From an uncultured Gemmatimonadaceae bacterium (GTDB lineage Bacteria; Gemmatimonadota; Gemmatimonadetes; Longimicrobiales; Gaopeijiaceae): a stretch of 64,000 bases of DNA. The stretch covers positions 78,986 to 142,985 of the forward strand of contig CAZRQE010000081.1 of NCBI GenBank assembly GCA_964602175.1. The letters run 5' to 3'. The notes under the pieces are model-generated. The model did no database searches and was not told the DNA's origin. It saw only the letters and a program-made list of their open reading frames with translations. The position numbers were made by a program, and so were the translations under genes. Positions 55,994 through 64,000 of this stretch are shown piece after piece. Position 1 is the stretch's first letter. Every line of letters starts with the position of its first letter.

Positions 55994-57742
55994 TTGTCCT
56001 ATCTCGCGCTAGCCCGGAAATACCGGCCCCGACGCTTCGGGGAGGTGTCGACGCAGGAGCACGTGTCCCACACGCTCCGGCACGCGGTGGCCGGGGGTCG
56101 CGTGGGTCACGCCTACCTCTTCTGCGGTCCGCGCGGCGTCGGCAAGACGACGCTGGCGCGCGTGCTCGCGATGTCGCTGAATTGTCCCGACCGCACCCCC
56201 GAGGGAGAGCCCTGCGGCGTTTGCCGGGACTGCTCCCACATCTGGGCGGGACATACCTCGCTCGATGTCGTGGAGATCGACGCGGCCTCCAACCGGGGGG
56301 TCGACGACGCGCGCGAACTCCGTGAACGGGCGATGTACGCGCCCTCCGAGGAGGACCGCTACAAGGTCTACATCCTCGACGAGGCCCACATGCTCACGCG
56401 CGAGGCGTGGAACGCGCTTCTCAAGATCCTGGAGGAGCCCCCGCCCCGGGTGATCTTCGTCTTCGCCACCACGGAGCCCCGGAAGATCCGTCAGAGCGCT
56501 TCACCGATCCTGTCGCGCTGCCAGCGGTTCGACTTCCGCCGCATCGGCGCCACGGACATCATGAAGCGGCTGGACGAGGTGCTGGGAGCCGAGGGCATCG
56601 AGGCGGATCCGGAGGCGCTGCGGGCGATCGCCCGGAAAGCGAACGGGGGCATGCGCGACGGGCTGTCGCTGCTGGATCAGGTGCTGGCCCTGTCCGACGA
56701 GAGCGTGAGCATGGACTCCGTGGTGCGCGTCCTCGGGGTGGTGGACGAGCAACGCTATCTGGATCTCTTCGACATCGTCATCGAGCGCCGGCACGGGGCC
56801 GTCTTCGAGTTCGTCGAAGAGCTGATCGACGAAGGGCACGACCTCGTCGAGTTCTACTACGGGCTGGCCGAGAAGCTGCGACTGCTGCTGCGCATGTCCC
56901 TGGACGCCTCCTCTGCAACGGGCGATCTGAACGAGGACCTGCGCGACGATTTCGCCGGGCGGGCGGCAGCGTTCGCGCCGGGGGACCTGGTCCGGATGCT
57001 GGCCATGGCCTCGTCTCTCGAGGCCGACGGCAGTCTGCGGCGCACGGGGAGGCCGCGGGTGCTCATCGAGATGCTCCTGCTCCGCATGAGCTATCTGGAC
57101 CGCACCGTGGAACTGGAAGAGATCGTCCAGGCACTCGGTGGGACACCGCCCAGGGAGCCGGCATCGTCCGGCGAGCCGGCGCCGGCGAAGGCTCCCGTCC
57201 AGGTAGCCGGGTCGGACACGCCCGGTTACGGCGGGGCATCGCCCGGTGAGCCCACGGGGGCGCGCGGTGGCGCTCGGGCGTCGACTTTGTCCGCGGATCG
57301 TCCGGGGGCATCTGCCGACACCTCCGGGGCCCTCGACACGATATGGAACGCCGTCTTGCGAGACCGGGAGCGAGTCGAGCGCGGGCTCTCGGGGCTCCTG
57401 CGCGGATCGGCCACGCTGACCGAGACCGACAAGGGCATCTCGCTGGTGGTGGCCGCGGGGCCAGCCTCCGACAAACTGCGGGAGGCGGCGACGCGACGGG
57501 CGCTGCTTGAGGCGCTGGCCCTTCATTCAGGCCGCGAATCTGCAGAGATTTCAATCGAGATCGACAAGGGTGGCCCTTCAGGCGGCGAGAGCGTCCCGGG
57601 TGGGAGAGCCGGCCCCCCGGGCACCGCCACGGGAAGGATCACTCGGGACTCGGTCCGGGAGTCGCGTCTGAACGAACTGGTCAAGCGTGCTCCGCAACTC
57701 GAGAGAGCCGTCGTGGAGCTCGATCTCGAGTTGGTCGACTGA
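55994..57742 (+). CDS. dnaX: DNA polymerase III subunit gamma/tau
   Basis: (M)SYLALARKYRPRRFGEV with TTG start at 55994, GHAYLFCGPRGVGKTT, zinc module CxxCxxC, VYILDEAHML. The upstream 39 codons of the track ORF overlap the SRP RNA and are rejected. Confidence 0.9.
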   Translation: MSYLALARKYRPRRFGEVSTQEHVSHTLRHAVAGGRVGHAYLFCGPRGVGKTTLARVLAMSLNCPDRTPEGEPCGVCRDCSHIWAGHTSLDVVEIDAASNRGVDDARELRERAMYAPSEEDRYKVYILDEAHMLTREAWNALLKILEEPPPRVIFVFATTEPRKIRQSASPILSRCQRFDFRRIGATDIMKRLDEVLGAEGIEADPEALRAIARKANGGMRDGLSLLDQVLALSDESVSMDSVVRVLGVVDEQRYLDLFDIVIERRHGAVFEFVEELIDEGHDLVEFYYGLAEKLRLLLRMSLDASSATGDLNEDLRDDFAGRAAAFAPGDLVRMLAMASSLEADGSLRRTGRPRVLIEMLLLRMSYLDRTVELEEIVQALGGTPPREPASSGEPAPAKAPVQVAGSDTPGYGGASPGEPTGARGGARASTLSADRPGASADTSGALDTIWNAVLRDRERVERGLSGLLRGSATLTETDKGISLVVAAGPASDKLREAATRRALLEALALHSGRESAEISIEIDKGGPSGGESVPGGRAGPPGTATGRITRDSVRESRLNELVKRAPQLERAVVELDLELVD

Positions 57743-57774
57743 GCGGTAAAACCTTTGCAACCGGCAGAAACGAC

Positions 57775-58092
57775 ATGACGAATATCCAGCAGTTGATGAA
57801 GATGGGGCAGCAGATCCAGGCCAGGATCAAGGAGTTGCAGGACAGCCTGCACACGGAGGAGCTCACGGCTTCGTCCGGGGGCGGCATGGTGACCGCGCGC
57901 GTGAACGGCAAGGGCGACCTCAGGGGCATTTCGATCGACCGCGAAGTGATCGATCCGGAAGACCCCGAGATGCTCGAGGATCTGGTCGTGGCGGCCGTGG
58001 CGGAGGCGCAAAACCGCGCGCGCGATTTTTCGGAAGAGCGGATGCGCGGGGCGGCAGGGGGGTTGCCGGTCCAGTTGCCCGGACTGTTCTGA
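57775..58092 (+). CDS. ybaB: Nucleoid-associated protein YbaB/EbfC
   Basis: NIQQLMKMGQQIQ..., GGGMVTARVNGKGDLRGISID, LEDLVVAAV. Confidence 0.9.
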   Translation: MTNIQQLMKMGQQIQARIKELQDSLHTEELTASSGGGMVTARVNGKGDLRGISIDREVIDPEDPEMLEDLVVAAVAEAQNRARDFSEERMRGAAGGLPVQLPGLF

Positions 58093-58101
58093 CCGCGGCT
58101 C

Positions 58102-58716
58102 TTGGATAGCGGCCGCCCGGCACAATCGCCGATCGAGGAGCTCTGCCGGCAATTGCGGAAGCTTCCCGGGATCGGAGCCAAGACCGCGTTGCGCCTGGCG
58201 TTCCACCTCGTCAAGGGAGCCAGGGAAGATGTTCGCCGGCTTGCCGGTGCGCTCCTGGAGGTGGCGGAGCGGATACACCCGTGCCCGCGGTGCGGCAACT
58301 ATTGCGACGGCGCGCTCTGCCCGGTGTGCCGGGATCCGTCCCGTGATCAGGGGGTGATCTGCGTGGTGGAGGAAGCCTACGAGGTGGGTGCCATCGAGAG
58401 GGCCGGAAGATACCGCGGACTCTTCCATGTCCTTGGCGGCCGTCTCTCTCCCCTTGACGGGATAGGTCCGGAGCACCTGAATATCGATGGTCTGGTCAGC
58501 CGCATCACCGAGGCGTCCGAGACACCAGCGGAGGTCATTCTCGCGACAAACGCGAGCGTCGAAGGAGAAGCCACCGCGGTCTACCTGCAGGGTCTGCTCA
58601 GCCCGCACGTATCGCGTGTGACGCGCCTGGCGCGGGGCATCCCGGTCGGAAGTGATCTGGAGTATGTTGACGGCACAACCATCGGCGAGGCCCTGGCCGG
58701 CCGACGGGAAATGTAG
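58102..58716 (+). CDS. recR: Recombination protein RecR
   Basis: LPGIGAKTALRLAFHL (HhH), CxxC...CxxC zinc finger, Toprim VVEEAYEV, RGIPVGSDLEY. Confidence 0.93.
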   Translation: MDSGRPAQSPIEELCRQLRKLPGIGAKTALRLAFHLVKGAREDVRRLAGALLEVAERIHPCPRCGNYCDGALCPVCRDPSRDQGVICVVEEAYEVGAIERAGRYRGLFHVLGGRLSPLDGIGPEHLNIDGLVSRITEASETPAEVILATNASVEGEATAVYLQGLLSPHVSRVTRLARGIPVGSDLEYVDGTTIGEALAGRREM

Positions 58717-58728
58717 GGGGAGACAACC

Positions 58729-59028
58729 GTGAATCGAAGAACTCGCCAAATCGGTCTCTTCCTGCTTGCCGCGGGTGCGGTGGGCGCGTTGACCGGGCTG
58801 TTGCTGAAGCACCAGGTGGTGCGGCACCGGCGCGAGCTCTTCAGTTCGAATCCGTTTCGGCGGCTGGCGGCGCTCCGCCACATGGCCGGCGAGCCGGCCA
58901 CTGTCGACGCGATCACCGTCCTGCGCGACTTTGCCGCGTGGGAGCCGCGGCGCCTCCTGAGAACGCGGGCGGCATCGGTGTTGGCGCGCATGCGACGGGA
59001 GTTGCGAGGAAGGCGGACTGCCAGGTGA
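58729..59028 (+). CDS. Hypothetical small membrane-anchored protein with HEAT-like repeat
   Basis: TM IGLFLLAAGAVGALTGLLL followed by RRLAALRHMAGEP...VLRDFAAWEP...RAASVLARM. Its stop overlaps the pgsA GTG start. Confidence 0.4.
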   Translation: MNRRTRQIGLFLLAAGAVGALTGLLLKHQVVRHRRELFSSNPFRRLAALRHMAGEPATVDAITVLRDFAAWEPRRLLRTRAASVLARMRRELRGRRTAR

Positions 59029-59654
59029 ACCTCCCCAACGCCATTACGGTGGCGCGGATCGCAGTCAGTCCCCTCATCGCCTACCTTGCCCTCGCACCCT
59101 CGGTCGCCAGTCGGTACGCGGCCTTCGTGGTTTTTCTGCTCGCGGCCTTTTCCGATGTTTGGGACGGCTACCTGGCTCGCAGGCACGGGTGGATCACGGA
59201 TACGGGCAAGCTGCTCGATCCGATCGCCGACAAGCTGCTCCTGGTGAGCACCTTCGTGCCGATCTTCTTCATTTCGCGACGCGCGGACGCGCTCACCAGC
59301 ATCCCCTGGTGGGGCACGCTGCCCATGTGGGTCGTCGTCGTGGTGTTCGGGCGTGAACTGTTCGTCACCCTGTTTCGGGCCTACGCCGCCCGCCGCGGGA
59401 TCGTAATTGCCGCGGGAACCCTGGGGAAGCGGAAGGCGCTGCTCCAGAACTTCTTCATCGGGGGGCTGCTGCTGTGGTATCCGCTGCTGCTTTCCGCCAC
59501 CGCGATGCAGTGGTCCGGGTCCTTCTGGGCCGGCTGGCGGACGTTTCACGCGAGCTGGATCGGGGTCACCCTGGGTCTTGCGGTCCTGCTCACGCTGCTC
59601 TCGATGGGTGACTACCTCTGGCGGTATCGGGCGCTGGTCGGGAGCAGGGAGTGA
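59025..59654 (+). CDS. pgsA: CDP-diacylglycerol--glycerol-3-phosphate 3-phosphatidyltransferase
   Basis: CDP-alcohol phosphatidyltransferase motif SDVWDGYLARRHGWITDTGKLLDPIADK. NLPNAITVARI N-terminus. Confidence 0.88.
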   Translation: MNLPNAITVARIAVSPLIAYLALAPSVASRYAAFVVFLLAAFSDVWDGYLARRHGWITDTGKLLDPIADKLLLVSTFVPIFFISRRADALTSIPWWGTLPMWVVVVVFGRELFVTLFRAYAARRGIVIAAGTLGKRKALLQNFFIGGLLLWYPLLLSATAMQWSGSFWAGWRTFHASWIGVTLGLAVLLTLLSMGDYLWRYRALVGSRE

Positions 59655-60172
59655 CACCGGAGCCCGGCATGGCGGATTATCGGTCCATCCCGGAGCTCGT
59701 GCAGCACCTGTCCGACGCTTCACGTGAACGCGGATTGAAGATCGCCACCGCCGAGAGCTGTACGGGCGGCATGGTCGGCGCGGCCATCACCGACCAACCG
59801 GGGGCTTCCGCCTGTTACGTCGGGGGCGCCGTCGCCTACCGCGACGACGTCAAGGTGCGCTGTCTGAATGTCGACCCGATCGTCATCGATGCCCATGGCG
59901 CCGTGTCGAAGCTGGTCGCCCTGCAGATGGCGTTCGGCGCCCGCCGGCGGTTCTCCGCCGATGTGGCCCTGGCCGTAACGGGGATTGCGGGCCCGCGTGG
60001 AGGGAGCCCGGAAGAGCCGGTGGGAACCGTGTGGATCGCCGTGGCCGTGAGCGATGGAATCGGCACGGCACGGCGTATGCAGTTCGTGGGCGGGCGGGCG
60101 GCGATCCGGGACCGGAGCGTCGCCGCCGTTCTCCGGCTGGCGACGGAGGCGATCGCGACGCACGATCTGTAA
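59651..60172 (+). CDS. CinA C-terminal-domain protein (nicotinamide-nucleotide amidohydrolase PncC-like)
   Basis: IATAESCTGGMVGAAITDQPGAS, GGAVAYRDDVK, TGIAGPRGG, GTVWIA. Confidence 0.85.
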   Translation: MTPEPGMADYRSIPELVQHLSDASRERGLKIATAESCTGGMVGAAITDQPGASACYVGGAVAYRDDVKVRCLNVDPIVIDAHGAVSKLVALQMAFGARRRFSADVALAVTGIAGPRGGSPEEPVGTVWIAVAVSDGIGTARRMQFVGGRAAIRDRSVAAVLRLATEAIATHDL

Positions 60173-60282
60173 GCCGGGGCCGCAAGGGCCCATAATGGAT
60201 AGACGCAGGGAACGGCGGCGCGTCGACTGCGAACCCGCAGGTGGCGGCGGCATCGCGTGATCAACAAACGGATTGAAGGTGA

Positions 60283-60858
60283 ATGACGGAACAGCGACCG
60301 AATGAAGAGGTGAATCCGGTGGAGCCGGAAGATCGTCTGGAGGAAGCGGGCGACGCGCCGGATGGTTCCGAGCCGTCCGGCGAACCGGAGCACACGGATG
60401 AGCAGGATACCGTCGAGCGGCTTCGGGCGGAGCGTGACAACTCGAGGGATCAGCACCTGAGACTGGCGGCCGACTTCGACAACTACCGAAAGCGCACGGA
60501 GGACCGGTTGCGCCAGAGATGGAACAGCGCGCGGGCCGACCTGGTGTCGCGGCTCCTCGATCCCCTCGACGACCTCTTGCGCGTCACCGCGCTGGAACCC
60601 GAAACCGCGTCGGTGGAAGCGATTGTCGAGGGGGTCGACCTCGTGGAGCGGAAGTTCTTCCGCGTGCTCGAGGACATCGGGGTGGAGATTGTCGATCCCG
60701 CCGGCGAGACCTTCGACCCGAACACGATGGAGGCGATGATGCAGGTGCCGGCCGAGTCGGAAGACGACGACGAGACGGTGGCCCAGGTGTTTCAGCGGGG
60801 GTATGCCTTGAAGGGACTGCTCGTGCGCCCCGCGCGCGTCAGCGTGTACAAGGCGTAG
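60283..60858 (+). CDS. grpE: Nucleotide exchange factor GrpE
   Basis: RLAADFDNYRKR, FDPNTMEAM, GYALKGLLVRPARV. Confidence 0.92.
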   Translation: MTEQRPNEEVNPVEPEDRLEEAGDAPDGSEPSGEPEHTDEQDTVERLRAERDNSRDQHLRLAADFDNYRKRTEDRLRQRWNSARADLVSRLLDPLDDLLRVTALEPETASVEAIVEGVDLVERKFFRVLEDIGVEIVDPAGETFDPNTMEAMMQVPAESEDDDETVAQVFQRGYALKGLLVRPARVSVYKA

Positions 60859-60879
60859 CGGCAAGGAAGCGCGAGCCGG

Positions 60880-61989
60880 ATGACCCAGGCGACCAAGGAC
60901 TACTACGCGATACTCGGCGTCGACGAGAAGGCCGACCAGGCCGCAATCAAGACGGCGTATCGGCGGCTGGCGAAGCGCTATCACCCGGACGCGAACCAGG
61001 GCAACCCCCGTGCCGCGGAGAGGTTCAAGGAGGTCGGCGAGGCGAACGGAGTGCTTTCCGATCCGGCGAAGCGAAAGAAGTACGACCAGATGCGCAAGCT
61101 GGGAGCGTTCGGCTTCGGAGGCGGGCGCCGACCCGGCTCGCGCACCAGCCCACAGAGCACCTCCAGCTTTTCCTTCGAGGATCTCGGAGGTCTGGGCGGC
61201 TTCTCGGACATCTTTTCCTCCATCTTCGACCGGGGCAGGAAGCCGGGGCCGAAAGCCGGCGGCCGCCGCAAGGGCAAGGACGTCGAATACAGCGTGGAGG
61301 TCTCTTTCATGACCGCCGCGCAGGGTGGCAAGGTCGCGATCTCGGTGCCGATCAACGAGGAATGCGCGACCTGTCGAGGGTCCGGTGGGGCGCCCGGGAC
61401 GGCCTGGAACAAGTGCGCGGAGTGCAAGGGGAAGGGAAGCGTCTCCTTCGGCCAGGGCGGCTTCGCGGTCAACCGGCCCTGTCCGGCGTGTCTGGGCCGC
61501 GGGGAGCGGCCCGAGAAGGAGTGTGGGGCATGTGATGGCGCGGGGAAGGTCCACCAGGACCGCAAGATCCAGGTGTCGGTTCCCGCCGGTGTCGAGACCG
61601 GCTCGAAGGTCCGCCTGACCGGCCAGGGCGAGCGCGGCCACAAGGGTGGGGCGCCGGGGGACCTGGTGATCACCTTCAAGGTGGATCCGCACGCGTTCTT
61701 TCGGCGCGAGGGCAACGACATCCTCGTCACCGTGCCGATCAACCTGGCCCAGGCCGCGCTGGGATCACGCATCAGGGTGTCGACGATTTCGGGGAGGAAG
61801 GTCGTGCTCCGCATCCCGCCGGGTACCCAGCCCGGTACGCGTTTTCGCATCCGGGGGCAGGGGATCAGACGCAAGGGCCGAACGGGCGATCAGTTCGTCG
61901 AGGTCCGGGTCTCCGTTCCCGAGTCCCTCAGCGAGGAGCAGGCCGAGCAGTTCCGGGAGTTCGCGGACGCCGCGGGAATGAAGTGGTGA
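60880..61989 (+). CDS. dnaJ: Molecular chaperone DnaJ
   Basis: J-domain DYYAILGV...YHPD, G/F region, four CxxCxG zinc motifs, C-terminal client-binding domains. Confidence 0.93.
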   Translation: MTQATKDYYAILGVDEKADQAAIKTAYRRLAKRYHPDANQGNPRAAERFKEVGEANGVLSDPAKRKKYDQMRKLGAFGFGGGRRPGSRTSPQSTSSFSFEDLGGLGGFSDIFSSIFDRGRKPGPKAGGRRKGKDVEYSVEVSFMTAAQGGKVAISVPINEECATCRGSGGAPGTAWNKCAECKGKGSVSFGQGGFAVNRPCPACLGRGERPEKECGACDGAGKVHQDRKIQVSVPAGVETGSKVRLTGQGERGHKGGAPGDLVITFKVDPHAFFRREGNDILVTVPINLAQAALGSRIRVSTISGRKVVLRIPPGTQPGTRFRIRGQGIRRKGRTGDQFVEVRVSVPESLSEEQAEQFREFADAAGMKW

Positions 61990-61995
61990 GGCGGA

Positions 61996-63108
61996 TCAGC
62001 AGGAGGCTTCCGAGACGCCGCGAATCCGGCCGCCGCCCAGCACTTCCTCGCCGCTGAAGAAGACGCAGGACTGCCCGGGAGTCACGGCGGCTGCGGGCTT
62101 CCCCAGGGTGAGCCTGAGTCCATCGGCATCGTGCGCTTCGACGCAGCACGGCAGCCCTGGCGACCGATACCGGATCTGTATGTCCAGCCGGCTTCCCGGC
62201 GGAGGCGGCGGAGCCAGCCAGTTGAGCTCGCCGACGCGGACGTCCCGGGCCTCGAGGAGCTGCCGCGGCCCCACGACCACTTCACGCGTGGCGGCGCGGA
62301 TCTCCAGCACGTACCACGGTTCCGTCCGCCCGCCGCCGATCCCCTTCCTCTGGCCGACGGTGAATCCGGAATAGCCCTGGTGCATGCCCAGCACCCGTCC
62401 GGTGTGGTCCACGATCGCTCCCGACGAGAGCGCCGGGTGCGTCGGGAGCAGCTTGCGGGCGAGAAAGTCCCGGTAGTTGCCGGTGGGGACGAAGCAGATC
62501 TCCTGGGATTCGGGCTTGGCGGCGGTCACAAGTCCGAGTCGCCGCGCCCGCTCCCTGACCTCGGTCTTGGTCAGGTCTCCAAGCGGAAAGTGCAGCCGCC
62601 GCAGCAGTTCCGCCGGGAGTCCCCACAGGAAGTAGGACTGGTCCTTGGATGAATCCCGTCCCCGGAGCATTCGCGGACGCTCTGCGGAGCGGTCGAGACG
62701 CACATAGTGGCCCGATGCCACTCCGTCGCAGCCAAGCACGCGTCCCCGTCTGAAGAGATCGCGGAACTTCGTGTTGGAGTTGCAGCGGACGCACGGGTTG
62801 GGCGTGCGCCCCTCGGCGTATTCGGCAACGAAATCGTCGATGACGTCGCGGGTGAACTCCTCTTCGACGTCGAAGACGTAGTGGGGGATTCCCAGCTCGT
62901 CGGCCACGCTGCGCGCGTCCCGGATCCCGTCCAGCCCACAGCACGTCTTGCTGCTCGCCTCTTCGTCGTCACCGCTGTAGCAGAAGGTCTTCATGGTGGC
63001 GCCGACCACATCGTGTCCCGCCTCGACCAGCAGGGCCGCAGCAACCGACGAATCGACCCCGCCGGACATGGCCACAAGGATCCGCAACGGATTCGCCGGG
63101 TCCGTCAT
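61996..63108 (-). CDS. mnmA: tRNA-specific 2-thiouridylase
   Basis: PP-loop VAMSGGVDSSVAA, CCG...D, catalytic Cys region. ATG at 63108 (MTDPANPLRILVAMSGG). Confidence 0.92.
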   Translation of the reverse strand: MTDPANPLRILVAMSGGVDSSVAAALLVEAGHDVVGATMKTFCYSGDDEEASSKTCCGLDGIRDARSVADELGIPHYVFDVEEEFTRDVIDDFVAEYAEGRTPNPCVRCNSNTKFRDLFRRGRVLGCDGVASGHYVRLDRSAERPRMLRGRDSSKDQSYFLWGLPAELLRRLHFPLGDLTKTEVRERARRLGLVTAAKPESQEICFVPTGNYRDFLARKLLPTHPALSSGAIVDHTGRVLGMHQGYSGFTVGQRKGIGGGRTEPWYVLEIRAATREVVVGPRQLLEARDVRVGELNWLAPPPPPGSRLDIQIRYRSPGLPCCVEAHDADGLRLTLGKPAAAVTPGQSCVFFSGEEVLGGGRIRGVSEASC

Positions 63109-64000
63109 TGTCGGGCAAACTCGCGTGTACGTTCGATCGCGGTGGCCACCGAGTCCACGATCCGATCCACCTGCCGTGCCCGGTTGAGGTGGCCGAAACT
63201 CAATCGCAGAGTCGCCGCCGTCTCCCCCGGGTAAAGGGTGGCGAGCGTGCGGCTGGGGGCGGCAGAACCGCTGGCGCACGCGGACCCGCCGGACGCCGCG
63301 ATTCCCTGGGCGTCCAGCGCCGCCAGCAGCGTGTTCGAGTCCGTCCCGGGAATGCCCAGCGAGAGGATGTGGGGCGCCCGCGGAAGGCCCTCCCCGTTGA
63401 TCCGCAGGTCCGGCACGCGCGCCGCCAGTCGGGCTTGCACCGTGTCCCGGATGGTCCCCAGCCGCGCGGATTCGGCCTCGACCTCCTCCACGGCCAGTCG
63501 CAGCGCCTCGGCGAGACCGACGGCTCCAGCGACGTCCTCCGTGCCGGGCCGCACGCCCCGCTCCTGCCCGCCGCCGAAGTGCAGCGGCTGCAGGCCGCGC
63601 GGATCCGTTGCGATCAGCGCACCGGTCCCCGTGGGTCCGTGGATCTTGTGCCCGGTAACCGTGAGCAGGTCGACAGGGTGGTCCCGCAGCGACACCGGGA
63701 CCTTTCCGACCGCCTGGACCGCGTCGCTGTGCAACACCACGTCATGTTCACGGCAGATCTCCGAGATGTCCGCCATCGGGAGCTCCAGTCCGACCTCGTT
63801 GTTCACCCACATGCACGACACCACCGCCGGCCGCTCGCGCACGGCCGCCTTGAGCGCATCCAGGTCGAGGACTCCATCGCTGAACCCGATCACGGCATGC
63901 CGGGCACCTTCCTCCGCGGCCTGCTCGGCAGCTTCGAAAACGGCGGGGTGTTCGATCGAGGAGGTGACCACCAGCGGAGCGCCGCCGCCGCGGGCGATCG
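63105..64000 (-). CDS. Cysteine desulfurase (NifS/IscS family), N-terminus beyond window edge
   Basis: SSIEHPAV, HSDAVQAVGK, PLP-lysine TVTGHKIHGPTGTGAL, catalytic loop SGGSACASGS. ATGA-type overlap with mnmA. Runs off the right end of the window. Confidence 0.88.
   Translation of the reverse strand, partial: IARGGGAPLVVTSSIEHPAVFEAAEQAAEEGARHAVIGFSDGVLDLDALKAAVRERPAVVSCMWVNNEVGLELPMADISEICREHDVVLHSDAVQAVGKVPVSLRDHPVDLLTVTGHKIHGPTGTGALIATDPRGLQPLHFGGGQERGVRPGTEDVAGAVGLAEALRLAVEEVEAESARLGTIRDTVQARLAARVPDLRINGEGLPRAPHILSLGIPGTDSNTLLAALDAQGIAASGGSACASGSAAPSRTLATLYPGETAATLRLSFGHLNRARQVDRIVDSVATAIERTREFARQ

Noticed and set aside
60173-60282. Looked for a CIRCE (TTAGCACTC-N9-GAGTGCTAA) element upstream of grpE.
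   Set aside because: No such inverted repeat is present.

Overview
High-GC (about two-thirds G+C by eye), very gene-dense bacterial chromosomal segment made up almost entirely of housekeeping genes. I support about 61 protein-coding genes (one truncated at the right edge), one tRNA-Gln(UUG), and one small SRP (4.5S-type) RNA that the ORF track hides under an over-extended dnaX ORF. Many adjacent genes overlap by 1-4 nt (ATGA/GTGA/TTGA), so most of the window appears to be organised in long translationally coupled operons. Classical synteny blocks are present: ispE-tRNAGln-(insert)-prs-ctc-pth, ffs-dnaX-ybaB-recR, pgsA-cinA, recA-alaS, iscS-mnmA, glmM-like-glmS and rpsF/rpsR-rplI. I found no CRISPR array, transposase, integrase, phage gene, toxin-antitoxin pair or recognisable defence system. 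Most long alternative-frame and antisense ORFs in the track are high-GC artefacts. There is no obvious novel multi-gene system of the defence-island type. The items most worth a second look are: (1) a System I cytochrome c maturation operon with an unusual gene order, no ccmG/ccmH, an embedded unknown membrane/zinc-ribbon protein, and a CcmE whose heme-binding His is Cys and whose Tyr ligand is Phe; (2) a single ORF fusing ribosomal proteins S6 and S18 through an acidic linker, with a leader hairpin upstream; (3) a three-gene, translationally coupled operon divergent from recA, made of two domain-fusion proteins (GT2::DUF2064-like and TVP38/DedA::DUF547) plus a MerA-like flavoprotein disulfide reductase; (4) an SRP RNA with a non-GNRA apical loop; (5) a recurrent TAnnTT(T)(G)-type -10/-7 element upstream of operon-leading genes; (6) several nucleotide-level oddities, namely an AT-rich 18-bp palindrome between convergent genes, a rare-codon 21-bp tandem duplication inside smc, and a relay of two mini-ORFs between dtd and maf. 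All calls rest on reading the sequence and on recalled family motifs. No searches were run. Start codons and RNA ends are approximate where stated.
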